Origin: Isurus oxyrinchus
Taxonomy: Eukaryota
Assembly: GCA_026770705.1 (NCBI GenBank)
Contig: JANJGN010000003.1
Span: forward strand, 96,472,001 to 96,536,000
DNA length: 64,000 bases
Direction of reading: 5' to 3'
Shown: piece by piece, positions 36,873 to 49,801 of the stretch
Layout: the number at the start of each line of letters is the position of its first letter
How positions within the stretch are numbered: position 1 is the stretch's first letter
Notes under the pieces: model-generated
The model's input: the letters and a program-made list of their open reading frames with translations, nothing else
What the model was told of the DNA's origin: nothing
Databases searched by the model: none
Program-made: the position numbers and the translations under genes

Positions 36873-37610
36873 TCCTCTGAAAGTCCCTGCTGCCACCTGC
36901 TGGGGATCAGACAGCACAATGTGCTCACCAGATTGTGACCCTGAAACTACCCTAAAGCAAGGTCCCACCGAGGTGTGTATCTTTGCGCAGGTGGAGGTGT
37001 GGGTGAACGCTGTAATGGGACTTTAAGGAGGGTACCTCTAGATTCCTTTTCAGAGGCTTCTTCGGGGCTTGATTGGAGGCCTTGGGTTGTGGACTCTCCT
37101 GGCTGTTTGGCATATGTGCCTTTGGAAACAAGGAGAGATAATTAGTGCATGGCAGTGGCCTGTGAAACAGGACACATCACTCGCAGCACGGTTGTCTGAT
37201 GGATGTTGCACTGATGGGTGTTGAGTGGTCCCATGGACGGGATGAGGACAATGAAAGCATGTGTAAGACAATGAATGGTGATGTCCCTTAAACTGGTAGG
37301 GAGTGAGGGCTCTGTGGATGTGTGTTGGGTTTGTGAGTGTGTGAGTTGAGAGTGATGAGAGGAGTGACTTACCCTGACGGAACGAAGGAGATCATTCATC
37401 CTCTTGTGGCACTGGGTGGCTCTTCCTCTTTTGCAGGGAATTGGCGCTGACCACCACTGTGCTGCCTCCCAGGTCAGATTGGTGATGCCACTGCCCCTCA
37501 TGTGCCCAGAGTGGGGGAAGGGGACACCACTGTGGGCCTTCACCGCATCCAAAAGGTGCTCGAGGGACATGTCACTAAAATGGGTGGCTGCATCCTTTCG
37601 CCTTTCGGGG
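36873..37610 (-). pseudogene. Harbinger Myb/SANT-like gene 5' part, copy B
   Basis: SLEHLLDAVKAH..WEAA..ATQCHKRMNDLLRSVRV. Confidence 0.8.
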
Positions 37611-40023
37611 ACAATCTGTGTTCCATGTGGTAGTTCAGGGCTGGAAGCACTGAGAGGTGTGCACGCAGCTGCATTTTAAATGTGACGCCTGGCATGATGT
37701 AGCGGCAGGGTGATAGCACTTCTCAAATGGCGAATAAGAGCCTGCCTGCCATGGAAACGGCGTGTTTGCCGGGAATGCATAACTAATGCAGTAGTGAGAT
37801 TGCGGCCGGTGGGTAAAATGTCGTTTCCCCGCCCACTGCTGCACTTAGTGCAAATATGGGATGATTCTGCCCTGTGATTCAGAGAATGAAGATAAGGGCC
37901 CAGAGTTACTCTTTGATCAAGCTGTTTTTTTCTGGTGCAATTTGGCCAAAGCCAGCACAACTGGCGCAAAAGATTGTAGAATTTTGCGTGCAATTGGTGT
38001 TTAGCACAACTTAGGTTTCTGTGATCTTTTGCACTAGTCTTACAAACATCACACAAGAGGTAAACCCTGCCCACAAAATTGGCCATGTTCCCTCAGTGAA
38101 TAAATTACTGTTAGGAGTTTTCACTAATTGTGCTCATTCGCAGGCCTCGAGGGAGACTTTAAAAATTAAATTGGTTCTTTTGGAGTCAAGAACAATAAAG
38201 GATTTTTTTTAAGCGTTGAAAGTAATTTTGCTTTATGTTTAATTTACTAAGAAACTGTCCACTGGATCTCATTAAAAGAAAAAAATAGTTTTATATATTT
38301 TTACAAGTGAATATCAGTGATTTAAAATTCGGTTACTCAGAGCTAGTGGACTGACTCTGATTAAAAATGTTTTTTGTGTTATAAACTAATTTTCAACTGT
38401 TTTAGTCAAACATCACCAAGTTACCACTCTTAAATAAATGAAGGAAAACACTTGAAAGCAAAGTTTATAAGAAAAAGTAAGACACTGCCAGATTGATCTG
38501 GTGCAGGGCAGATTTGAGCATAAACCAGAGGAACAAACTGGTGCAGTTTGAAACTGAATCATCAATTGTGGCCAAACGGGAGCTTTCCCATCAATCCTAT
38601 TTTGTAAATTTTTGGCAAACAAAGTGGTTTGTATCATGTGAAATCAATTTGAAATCCGTTTATTAGGAATAACAAGTAAGAGTAGGTAAATAATAGAATT
38701 AGGGAATGCAGATTGTTCAAATTTCCAGCAACAGCTGAAATGTGTAAGACTTGTAAATTAAAGACGTGTGTGGTGAAGCTTTTCAGTGACTTAGGCTTTA
38801 TTGCCAGGATGTGGGTTTTCAATGTGGTACATACCTCCTTGATTGTTTTCATTTTGGCAGCAATTTTATTGCCGACATAGGGCTTTTAGTGTAATCATGC
38901 TGACACTGGCAATCTAACTGCCTGGAGTAAATTTTCATCTTTACTGCCCGGACAATAATCTGGTGCAACGGATCATCCACCTCAAATAGACTTCAACATA
39001 TTTTCAATGCATTAATTTCAGTAGGAGAAGTCTAGGTGGGTTCTATAATGGATGGAACCTTCTGCTCCCACCAGCAGTGGGAAACATAAAGGGCAGGGCG
39101 CTTAATTTTGCATAAGTCAAAAAAAATCAGTTTCCCAATGCTGCGACAAAAGTTTGGAATTTTGTTCTCATGACTTTCACGGCAGGTTAAAGGCCGGTCG
39201 AGTTTCCCAACCAGCAATGTCGGAACTCCACTTGCATTAATTTGCATGTCATGATGGTTATTTAAAGGCCAACTCACCAGAAAAGCCCCCCCAAATTAAG
39301 TTCCAGGCCAGTAGGTAATTAGAGCATTCTATTTTAAGGTTCAATGTTTCTTTACAGTGTCCTCACGAAGAGTGTCTCACCAGGACTATGGTCTGCTGAG
39401 ATGCAACCTCCCAGGACCCTGCAATAGTTGGAAACCTTTAAAGTGTGTGTCCTAGATGGCCTTTGCATTAGGGTGAGACCTTGAACACTAATTCTGGCAC
39501 AGCTGCCAAGGTAACATTGTTTCCTGTACAGACCCTGCAGAGGCCTTACAGGGATGTCTATGCATCACATTGAGAGCTTCACAGTCCTCAAGACGGTACA
39601 GTGCACAAGGCCATTCCTGTCTCTCTTTTCTAAGTCACTGAAAGTCCTGTCATGCAATGATTTCTGATTTGAGTAGAGCGCTCTGCCTTTGATAGTTCTA
39701 TACTTTGATACCCTTGCTAAGGAGCTGTGCAGGTCCAAAAAAAATCCATGTGAGCTCAAGAAGCAGCTTCAGGAAGCTGAATACACACTAATCATACACT
39801 CCAACCCCTTGCAGTCAAGGCTAAGGTGCCCATTGTACCCTTATTTGCCTAGTTCTGCATCATGTTCACTGAGAATGACAATTTACCAAGGAAGTACACT
39901 CAGCATTGAACGTGCCCAATACATCTTCCTCCAGGTAGTTATGGTAGCCTATGGGTTTCGATTGCTAAGATTACAGTGCCCAACAACAATTTCTCACAGA
40001 TGAAAATTCATTGAAAACGAAAC

Positions 40024-42852
40024 TTCACAGAATCACAGGATCACAGAATTTTAATGGCACAGAAGGAGGCCATTCAGCCCATTGGGTCAGCACCGGCTCT
40101 TCAAATGAGCATTATGACCTACTGCCATTGCCCTACCTTTTCCCTGTATCTCTGCACATTGTTTCTGTTCAAATAATCATCTAATGCCCCCTTGAATGCC
40201 TCAATTGAACCTGCCTCCACCACATTTCCAGACAGTGCATTCCAGGCCTGAACCACTCATGTGAAAAAGTTTTTTCTTACCTCACATTTGCTTCTTTTGC
40301 AAATCACTTTAAATCTTTGCCCTCTTGCCCTTTTACCAGCGGGAACAGCTTCTCCCTATCTACTCTGTCCAGCCCCCTCATGATTTTGAACAACTCTATC
40401 AAAGCTCCTCTAAGCCTTCTTCTCTCCAAGGAGAACAGTCCCAACCTCTCCAAGCTATCTTCATATCTGAAGTTTTTCATCCCTAGAATCATTCTTGTAA
40501 ACCTCTTCATCACTTTCTTCAGTATGTTCACATCCTTCCTATGATATGGTACCCAGAACTGTACACAATACTCCAGCTGGGGCCTAACAAGTGTCCTATA
40601 TAAATTCAGCATAACCTCCTTGCCCTTGTACTCCATGCCCCTATTAATAAAACCCAGGATATTATACGCTTTATCTCTCTCTGCCTGTCCTGCCACCTTC
40701 AATGATCTATGCACATATACAGCCAGGTATTTCTGCTCCTGCACCCCCTTCAAAATTTTATATTGTCTGTCCATGTTCTTCCTCTCAAAATGCATCACCT
40801 CACACTTCTCCATATTGAACTTCATCCGTTACCTATCTGCCCATTTCACCAACTTTTCTATGTCCTATTGAAGTTCTACACTGTCCTCCTCACAGTTTAC
40901 AACACTCCCAAGCTTTGTATCATCCACAAACTTTGAAATTGTCCCCTGCACACCAAGATCTAGAACATTAATACATATCAAGAAAAGCAAGGGTCCCATT
41001 ACCAACCCCTGGGGAACTCCACTACAAACCTTCCTCCAGCCTGAAAAATATCCATTGACCATTACTCTCTGCTTTCTATTTTTCAGTCAATTTTGTATCC
41101 ACATTGCTACTGTCCCTTTTATTCCTTGAGCAATAACTTTTCTTACAAGTCAGTTGTGTGGCACCATATCAAATGCCTTTTGAAAGTCCATGTACACCAC
41201 ATCAACAGCAGTACCCTCATTGACCTTTTCTGTTACCTCCTGAAAAAGCTCCAGCAAGTTAGTTAAACACGATTTCCCCTTTAGAAATCCAAGCTGGGTC
41301 TTCCTTATCAACCCATTTTTTTTCATGTGGCTACTAATTCTATCCCAAATAATTGTTTCTAGAATCCTGCCCACCACTGAATTTAAACCGATTGATCTGT
41401 AACTGCTGGGCTTATCCATCCTTACAACCTTTATTGAACAAGAGCATAAAGTTTGCAATTTTCCAATCCTCTGGTGCCTCCCCTGAGTCTAGGGAAGACT
41501 GAAAAATTATGGCCAGTGCCCCTGCAATTTCTACTCTCACTTCCTTCAATATCCTTGGATGCATCTCATTTGGTCCCGGTGCCTTGCCAAATTTAAGTAC
41601 TAACGGTCTATTCACACTTCCTTCTTATTCACTTTGAACCCTTGTGGTGACAGAGTTTCATCATCTGTCACCATGTATCTACCTTCTTGGTAAAGACGGA
41701 TGCAAAACATTCATTTAATACCTCAGCCATGGCCCTTTCATCCCTTTTAAGTCCCTAATTGGCCCTACTCCCCTTTTACCACCCTTTTACTATTTATATG
41801 CCTATAGAAGACTTTGGGACTCCCCTTTACGTTAGATGCCAATCTTTTCTCATAATCCCTCTTTGCTTCTCTAATATGTTTTTTCACCTCCCCTCTGAAC
41901 CTTTTGTATTCCTCTTGGTTCTCAATTGTATTTTCTACCTGGCACCTGTCATAAGCACACTTTTTATTTTTTATCTTAATTTCTATCTCCTTTATCATCC
42001 AGGGAACCCTGGATTTGTTTGCCCTGCCTTTCCCTTTCGATGTAATGTGCCTTGACTGTGCCCAAACCAATTTTTTTTTGAAGGTTGCTCATTGTTCTAC
42101 TACAGTTTGTCCCGCCAATCTTTCATTCCAGTCTATCTGGCCCAGATCTGTTCTTGCCCCATTGAAGTCGGCTCCCTTCCAGTTAATTATTCTTACTCTG
42201 GATTGCCTATCACCCTTTTCTATCATCATCCTAAAACGTACGTTAAAATGTTCACTGTCTTTTAACTGTTCCCCCACTGACACTTGATCTACTTAGCCTA
42301 TCTTATTTCTAAGAACCACGTCCACAGTGCATTGTTTCTTGTTTGATTGGATACATACTGCTGTAGAAAACTTTCCTGAACACAAGCTAAGAACTTTTGC
42401 CCCTCTCCACTCTTTGCACAACCACTGACTCAGTCTACATTCAGGTAATTGAAGTCACCCATTATAACTACTCTATAATGCTTGCATCTGTCTGCAGTTT
42501 CCCTGCAGATTTGTTCTTCTATGTCCTTCTCACTAGTTGGTGGTCTATAGGCTACACCGAGCAATGTAATTGCACCCTTTTTATTCATTAGCTCTAGCCA
42601 AACTGATTCTGTTCTTGAACCCTCTGGGACATCCTTTTTCTCCAGCATTGTATTGCTCCCCTTAACCAATACAGCTACCCTTCCGCCTTTTCTTCCTTCC
42701 CTATATTTTATGAATACCTTGTATCCAGGAAAATTTAACACCCAACTCTGCCCTTCCTTGAGCCAGGTCTCTGTCCTTACCACAACATCATATTTCCAGG
42801 TGGCAACCTGCGCCTGTAACTCCCCAATCTTATTTACTATGCTCCATACTTG
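40024..42852 (-). mobile_element. CR1 LINE, most of ORF2 (endonuclease and RT) plus 3' tail
   Basis: ETWL, YRPP, MGDFN, KAPGPN, VYMDFQKAFD, SGVPQG, FVDDTKL, RPQLEYCVQFW. ATTCTGTG-type tail repeats at about 40026-40049. Frameshifted. Confidence 0.93.
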
Positions 42853-43257
42853 TGACAGACAATTCTGACTTTTGCCATGACTAATCATGCCATCTCAAAC
42901 AACTGACATCAATGCAACAGCAGCTGGGTAGTTGTTACAAAGACAAAGCATAGTTACCAGCGTTAATTGGCTGACATGTCGTATCAGCCAGGCAGCACAG
43001 TGACAAATAATGGCCACTGCCTGGCATTGCACATGTGCCATTATAGACTGCTAACAATGTGGGAGAACTAAAGCAATTGAAGTTCCTGATGGAACTCAAC
43101 TGAGACCGAACATTCTGGAGTCTTAACTGACTGCCAAAATTTTGAAGAAAATAGGAGGAAAATTGAATCCATGAGACTTGGAAACAGATAGGTTCAACAT
43201 ACATTGAGAATTGTGGTGATTATATACAATGTGTACACACCCATACCAACAGTGTGT

Positions 43258-45071
43258 ATTCAATACTTCTTAATTTTTCTGATCCTACTGCTACGTCTAG
43301 GTGCAATCCTGACATCCACAGCTAAGGGGGAGACAGCCTGCTGACTGCTATGCAATGGCTGTTTCTCTCTCCACAAACGCTGTTGAGTTTTTCCAATATT
43401 TTCTGTTTTTATTACTGCTGACTGAGATGACTTTGACAGGTGTCCTCTGGAGGTCCAAGGCCTGGAAGGCTGCAACCTGATAAGGGTCTCTGCTCAACTG
43501 CAGGTGCACCCTTCTTGGCCTGACCTGCTGGAGTTGATGGGGTTGCTGGCAGAGGGTAGATGGAGCAGCTGGGCTCCCTTGGAGTGCCTTGGGTGGATGC
43601 CCCAGTGTGCCTGGCTGGTGCCCCTCCTCTCTGTGGCCTCTCCCTGATTCCTTATGGAGAAGGGGCGCCAAGGGAGAGCTCAAGGTGCCCCATCCCCCTC
43701 TCGCCTAGCCACTACTGAAATGCACCCATGACTGGAGCACTGCAGTGCAGGTCCAAGCGCAAATCCAGCAGAAACTGCTGGACCTGGGTTTCCAAGGCTG
43801 CCACCATCCTGCCCATGGAGACTTCCATGTGCTCACATGCCAGAGCCGCAATACTAGACAGAATGTGACAGGCTCCTCCAGCCTTTGATCTAGTCTACTT
43901 ACTGCCTCTGACAACTCTGCCTGATGTTCCCCTGCCTGTCTCTGCATCGCCAAGAGGTCTCTTGGGCCTGAGGCTTGTTAAGATTCAGACTCAGCAGGGG
44001 CCTGGTCTCCAGCAGTCTTCTGAGTGTTAGAGACCTCAGCTGTCACTACCTCCACAAGCTGTGGACCCGTGTCTGTGAGGTGATCACCAGATTGTGACCC
44101 CGAACCTGCCGTAGAACTAAGACCCACTTAGGTGCGTGTATTTGCCCTGGTGGAATGTGTAGGTGAACACCAGAATGGTGCTTCCTCTGAGGATACTGAG
44201 GCTTCCTTCCTAGAGGTGGGCTGTGGGCTGGGGCTGGAGCTGGGGTGTCTCATCAATGATGTCCTCTCCCTTTTCCTGATAGCTGGAATAGAGAAAAGAC
44301 AGAATTAGTGATTGACTTAACTGGCTCATATATTCAAGATTACTCACAGTCAATGCCCGCATATTGTAGGTGGAGACTGAATTCATCCTCACTGGGTTGT
44401 AGGGGGAAGTCAATCTTGCCTTTCGTGCAGGCACAGTCTCTCTCCTCTCCTGCCAGCTCTGCAGCCTGTTCCCTGAAGGTACTCAAGGGATGAATTTCCA
44501 GAGTACCACCTTCCGTCTTTTCCTGCCCTCTTTTATTATGGGCGATTATGTCCTGCAGAAAGACAGAATGATTGATTGTAAAGTGAATGAGAAAATGAGC
44601 AGTTCAGAAGAATGTATGCCTACTGTCGCTGCTGAGTCCTCCCCAGTGAATGATTAAGAAGCTGTTTATCCAGGGACTAAATGAAATGGAGTGCTTAATG
44701 TGGCTGGCACAAATTCAAAGCTGATGCCTCATGTACTGTTGTGGGTGTCATCCCTGTGCACTGTAACCCTTAGACTGCAATGATTCCCTTATGAGAGTGT
44801 GAGTTTGCAGTGAGCAGATGGTGCACTTATCCTGCTGCTCACAGCAGATCATTCATCCTTCTCTTGGCTGCAGGCCGGTCCCTTTTTGGGTTTCACAGAT
44901 GCTAATCACCCAGTGACCTCCCACCAGGCCATCATGGTCAGGTAGGAGGGCTTCTTGTTCCCATCCTGAGGCCCACCTCTCTGGGTGGCCTGGAGGAGAG
45001 TCTCCAGGGAGATGTTGCTGAACCCTGGGCCGATAAGGTAGCTTTTTTCTCTTTGATATTTGGACTCCCAA
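43258..45071 (-). pseudogene. Harbinger Myb/SANT-like gene, copy D
   Basis: PGFSNISLETLLQATQ at the start, a coiled-coil-like middle (AELSEAVSRLDQRLEE) and tail APRRSSRIRKIKKY*. Homologous to copies A and C. Confidence 0.75.
43348..43414 (+). mobile_element. Very short Penelope tail insertion with 10-bp TSD
   Basis: CTGCTGACTG duplicated at 43338-43347 and 43415-43424. The insert matches the Penelope tail. The equivalent site is empty in copy C (about 55123). Confidence 0.75.
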
Positions 45072-46983
45072 AGCTCCTGGCCTGCAGTGATTGAGTGGCC
45101 ATCCCGGTGCTGTTTAAATATGATCTTCATCCCCCATAAGGTAAGGATGGGGAGGGCAACTTCCTGCCTGCCCCGCAATGAGTTTTGCTGAGCTCCTCGC
45201 GAATACATAATGATGAGCTGAACAGCAGAAGATCACACATGCCCAGCCGTTCCTTTGCCCAGCAGTAATCACTTTGATTTTCCCGTCTGTCACAGGGCTT
45301 AGACTTCAGAACAGAAGATTCCATGCAATGGTTGGTCAATCCATTCTGCAAGATTGGAACTCAGGCAGTGAAGAGAAAATTTACCTCATGAGGGTCTTTA
45401 TTTTCTATTTATAGCAGCCAAACTGCATTTGCCTTACAAATGCACCAGGAAGAATCTCCTTTCCCAGCCCCTGCCTCTCACTCCTAGACATTTTTACACT
45501 TTTTTTTTAAAGCGTATGGGGACTGGGACGATGGGTGGGATTGAGTGAGGGTGGAGGGGTTAAGTTCTCCAACAATTGGAAGCATGTTTTGAAGCCAATT
45601 CTAACTTAGGGATCTCCAGCTTTTACTCAGGAGGGTCAGAGGGCTGGTAGCCAACATTTTAAATGTGCTAATGAGACTGGAAATCATAACTACTCCCAGC
45701 TGGTAGGGCCTCGGGAAACTCGACAGCTGCAGCGAGGTGAGAACATCCTCAGGAAGCACTCCTTATGGGTCAGGAGGAGCAGGAGTGCTTTGTACTGACA
45801 GCTCAAGCTTACCCCCCACAAACACGGCCACCATTAGAAACCACTCTATACAAACGTTGTCCCTCCACTCTGAATTTGAGCTCCCCATTCCAATTACCTC
45901 AATTGGATTCCCCTGGGATCAGGGATCAGAGTCCCGCCAAGGATAAAACCAACCTACAGTCCAAGATTCAGATACCCTCCTGAGGTTGGGAATTCAATTC
46001 CAACCCCCTGCCCTCCCACAATTCCTCCTGGATCGGGGCTGGGACGGACCTGGTCCTACGGCTACTTCTTCAGCATTTCCCATCTGAATGGAAGTTAGGC
46101 CAAACTCCAGAGGATTCCCAGGGTCCTACACCACCGGGACCCCCCCACTCAACCTCTCCTCAAACTACCCCAACTCACTTTCAATACTTACTGCTTGTTA
46201 TCTCACAATGGGATTTTATTCACCTCAATGTTCTCTCTATCTTTCTATCTTTCACTCTCTCTTCTTGCAATCATTCTCGGAGGTAACTGGCCAAGTCTTA
46301 TTTGATAGATCTGACAACCCTCCTCTTCTTACAACTTTCCTAAATGAACAGCAGGCTGCAAATAAAAATCTCAAGACTCCCACATTTCTCATAAAAATGC
46401 CAAACTGCAGATGGAATGCAAAATAGATTTCTCAAAATTGTATAAATAGCTATGTTTATTTAAAAAACACATTCTTTATATTTAAGCACATGACAATAAT
46501 TAGGCATAGCTAACTATATGATATAAATATAATTTGAAAGTGGACATTTACTGAAAATAAGCCATATCGTCAAATTCAGTGGTCAAATTCATCCTTGTGC
46601 AAGCTGACAACATTTTGCAGTTATATAGCACAGTTAAAAAGCAAGATGTAACAAGGTACTTCAAAGCTAGGGATCAAATTCAAGCAAGAGTGGTGAAAGG
46701 TGATTTGAGAAAGTGACCAAAAGTGCAAAGCAGCATTTTTTAAGGAGGCTTTTGAACATAACAACAGCAACTATAGTATTCAGTTCGGTGTTTGATTATG
46801 TGCATCTCTTTACTGTTCTCTGTGCTATTAGTCAAGCCTGTGTGCAGCTACTGAGAAACTGAAATTAAACTAAAAGGAAGAGGCTGTACACATGAGACCA
46901 GGTATTTTAGAAGCACTGTGGATAAAACTCGTACACACATAGAAGCTGGTGTGTGATCTCTGCAAATCTCCACAAAACACAAC

Positions 46984-46997
46984 TGGTGATGAGGATG
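46984..46997 (+). promoter_or_regulatory. Primer-binding site complementary to the tRNA-Ser(GCU) 3' end
   Basis: TGGTGATGAGGATG equals TGGCGACGAGGATG with two CpG-type transitions, directly after the 5' LTR. Confidence 0.7.
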
Positions 46998-47603
46998 ATG
47001 GAGAAAAGTTTAAATTTACTGGCTCCAGCACCATTTCTTTCTTTGCCAGGAGATCCACCTATGCCATGGGATCAAGATTTTGCGGTTCAAGGGATGGGCA
47101 GTCCACGTGTACCAGTCTCTCACAAGAAGTCAGTACGCAAACATTGTCTCAAAGCAGAAGGCCAGTGAATATTTAAACAACTTGCAGGAGACACACCTAT
47201 GTTTGTTATGGTGGCAAGTGCCTTAAAAAGTACTTCAGGCCAAAGAAAAGTGTAATGATTGAACAGTATAGGTTCTGCTAGAAATGTCAGAGTGCCCATC
47301 GTGGTCAAATGCCTTCAAAAACGTGCTCAAATTGTGGAAGTACTCATCAGTTCACAACACCATGTCCAACTTGAAGGAAAAGTGTAACTCATGCTTAAAG
47401 TGAAATCACTTCGCAAAGTTGTGCAGGTTGTCAAAGAAGAAGTCTTAATGGATTTGACACATGGGGACTTCCTTCCTGACAGTGAGATACAGCATGTATA
47501 CACCATCATGGATAGTAAAGCACAAGGTCATTTTAAGGATTGCTCAGTTGAGATCGCAGGCATTTCAGTGTCACTCCTAATCGATGTGGGCATGAAAGTA
47601 TCT

Positions 47604-47706
47604 GTAATAAAAACAGAAAATGCTGGAAAAACTTAGCAGGTCTGGCAGCATCTGTTAGAGAGAAACAGTGTGAACATTTTGAGATTGTATGACTTCTTCA
47701 GAGCAG
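47604..47706 (-). mobile_element. Penelope terminal fragment inserted next to the Gypsy protease motif
   Basis: GCTGGAAAAACTTAGCAGGTCTGGCAGCATCTG is the reverse complement of the Penelope tail. Flanks AAGTATCT/AAGTATTT. Confidence 0.75.
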
Positions 47707-49801
47707 AAGTATTTATGTTGAGCAACAAAAATCTACTCTCATTATTATTTGCAACTTACTCTCACAACAGACTCTCTTCAAACTTATGATGTCTCTATTA
47801 TTCTAGTTTTGGGAATGGTCGCAGTTCCAGTACGTTACAAAAACATCACCTCAGACAGGTTCATATTCTACATAGCCAAAGGCAGAAGCCTTATTGGAGG
47901 AGGGGTTGGGGGGTAAACTCGTATGATAAGATTGGCTTTAAGCTTCAAGATCTAACTGTAGCAGACATTTATGTGATTGATGACACAGACTATACACAAT
48001 GGTATCCTTCATAACTTACTGGATTTGGGGAGATTAAGAGGTACTGTCATGCTCTTTGCATCTTCATGCCAATTCTGCCGTTTTGAAAAATTTGAGATGG
48101 TTGCCATTTGCAATCCATGCTGAAATGTCATTGGAGTCGCAATAACTTGAAACAGGTGGAATCACTGAGAGAACCAGCTCATCGCCATGGATAGCAAATC
48201 TAGCCATTGTGTGATGTAAAATAGTGAACTTAGACTATGCAACGACATTAAGGCAGTCAACAAAGCAATCATTCCAGACTACTGTACACTATATACAATC
48301 CAAGAACTATCATCATTATTTCAGGATTTTTTCGTCTTCACAAAACTCAACATGCAACAGAGCTTTCTTCAGATACCGCTAGTGGAACAAAACCAATATT
48401 CTATAGATTTTGTTACACACAAAGCTATGTTTCAGTACCGCTAAATGCCCTATGGATTAAGTTCAGAGCCGCAAACTCGCATCATCCCCATTAGGACCAA
48501 AGTAGATCAAGCAGTTGTTTGTACCAATCCATATTTATTTGATGACAACACAAAGTGGAATGTGAGATGTTTGATTGCGAGCAGACCAAGATATTTCAAG
48601 GACACAACTCTATAAGGATACAATTCATTTTCCAATGTGTGACTGCAATGTTGATCATCTGCCTCATTGAGCTGATCATGCACAAGCACAACCTCAAGTT
48701 CGTGGATCTCAGCACTGTCATCAACAGCCTTCATAACTGAAAGACTATTTCAGCACGTAGAGACGATGGACATGCTGAACCTAAGAAATGGCTCAATGTA
48801 CATATATCTATTGGTTATGATGGTTTAATTTCAAATGAAGTCTTTTAGATTTACAAGGGGGTGGAAGACTTGGTATTCAGTTGTTTGGTGTTTGTGTGTT
48901 TCTATTGACTATTAACAGTCCTCTGTACTGTTAGTCAAACTCAAGTGTGGTTACTAAAGAACTGAAACTAAACTGAAAGCAAGATGCTGTAAGCATGAGA
49001 GCAAGCATTTTAGAAGCACTGTGAATAAAACTTCTACACACATAGAAGCTGGTGTATCATTTTGCATATGTCTAAGACAGAAATATGAAGTATTAATAAT
49101 TAGTGACAAGTGAGTTACTACTAGTAAGGTGTGCTAAATATTAGTAGGATTTATCAGTTTTACTAATGCTTATAAATAGTAGTAAGGGTTATTAACAGAT
49201 CAAAGACTTATTACTTTTGGGAATGTGTATTAATATTGGTATCATTTAGTAGTGGTAGCAAGGTTAACTAATAAATAGAGAAATTCCAGGGCTACTCTGA
49301 CCTCTAGAGCACATATCCTGTGCTATGTGGGAACTCCAGCATGCTTCCCATGTGCTAGGCAATAATTTGTGTAGGAAGTTGCAATAGCTTGAGCTCTGGG
49401 TTTCAGAACTTGAGCAGCAGCTGCTGTTACTGTTGCACATCTTTGAGGTTGAGACCTTCATGGATAACACGTTTATAGATATGGTCACACTGCAGCTTAA
49501 CAGTATGCAAGGAGAGAGGGAATGGGTGACCAGCTGGCAGTCAAAAAGGAAAAGGCAGGTACTGCAGGAGTCCCCTGAGTGCATCACACTCTCCAACCAG
49601 TATTTAGTTCTGAATACTAATGAGAGTGATGATTCATCTGGAGAGTGCAGCCAAAGCTAAATCCATGGAACCATGGCTGGCTCGGCAGTACAGAGTACCA
49701 CAAGCAAGACAAGAAAAGCAACAGTAGTAAGTGATTTGATAGTTCAGGGAATAGATAGGCATTTCTGCAGCTGCAGATGTGAATCCAGGATGGTCTGTAG
49801 C

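Larger units (their letters stand above)
34621..37872. mobile_element. Harbinger copy B (same family as A, inverted, internally deleted)
   Basis: Termini GGGTGGAATATTC / GATGATTCTGCCC, flanks TGC/TGT. The right end is the reverse complement of the copy A left end. Confidence 0.85.
39100..45326. mobile_element. Harbinger copy D (left boundary approximate), split by a CR1
   Basis: Right terminus AGAAGATTCCATGC resembles the family TIR. Myb-like gene on the minus strand; no transposase motifs found. Confidence 0.5.
46772..49079 (+). mobile_element. Internally deleted Gypsy LTR retrotransposon
   Basis: LTRs about 46772-46981 and 48870-49079; PBS at 46984; purine tract AAGGGGGTGGAAGA. Remnants of gag (APAPFLSLPGDPPMPW), knuckle (NHFAKLCR), protease (LLIDVGMKVS) and RT (SSPWIAN, LRLCND, MPYGLSS). 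Confidence 0.85.

Noticed and set aside
37896-38592. Additional MITE
   Set aside because: The ends are only weakly inverted and I found no TSD or second copy in the window.
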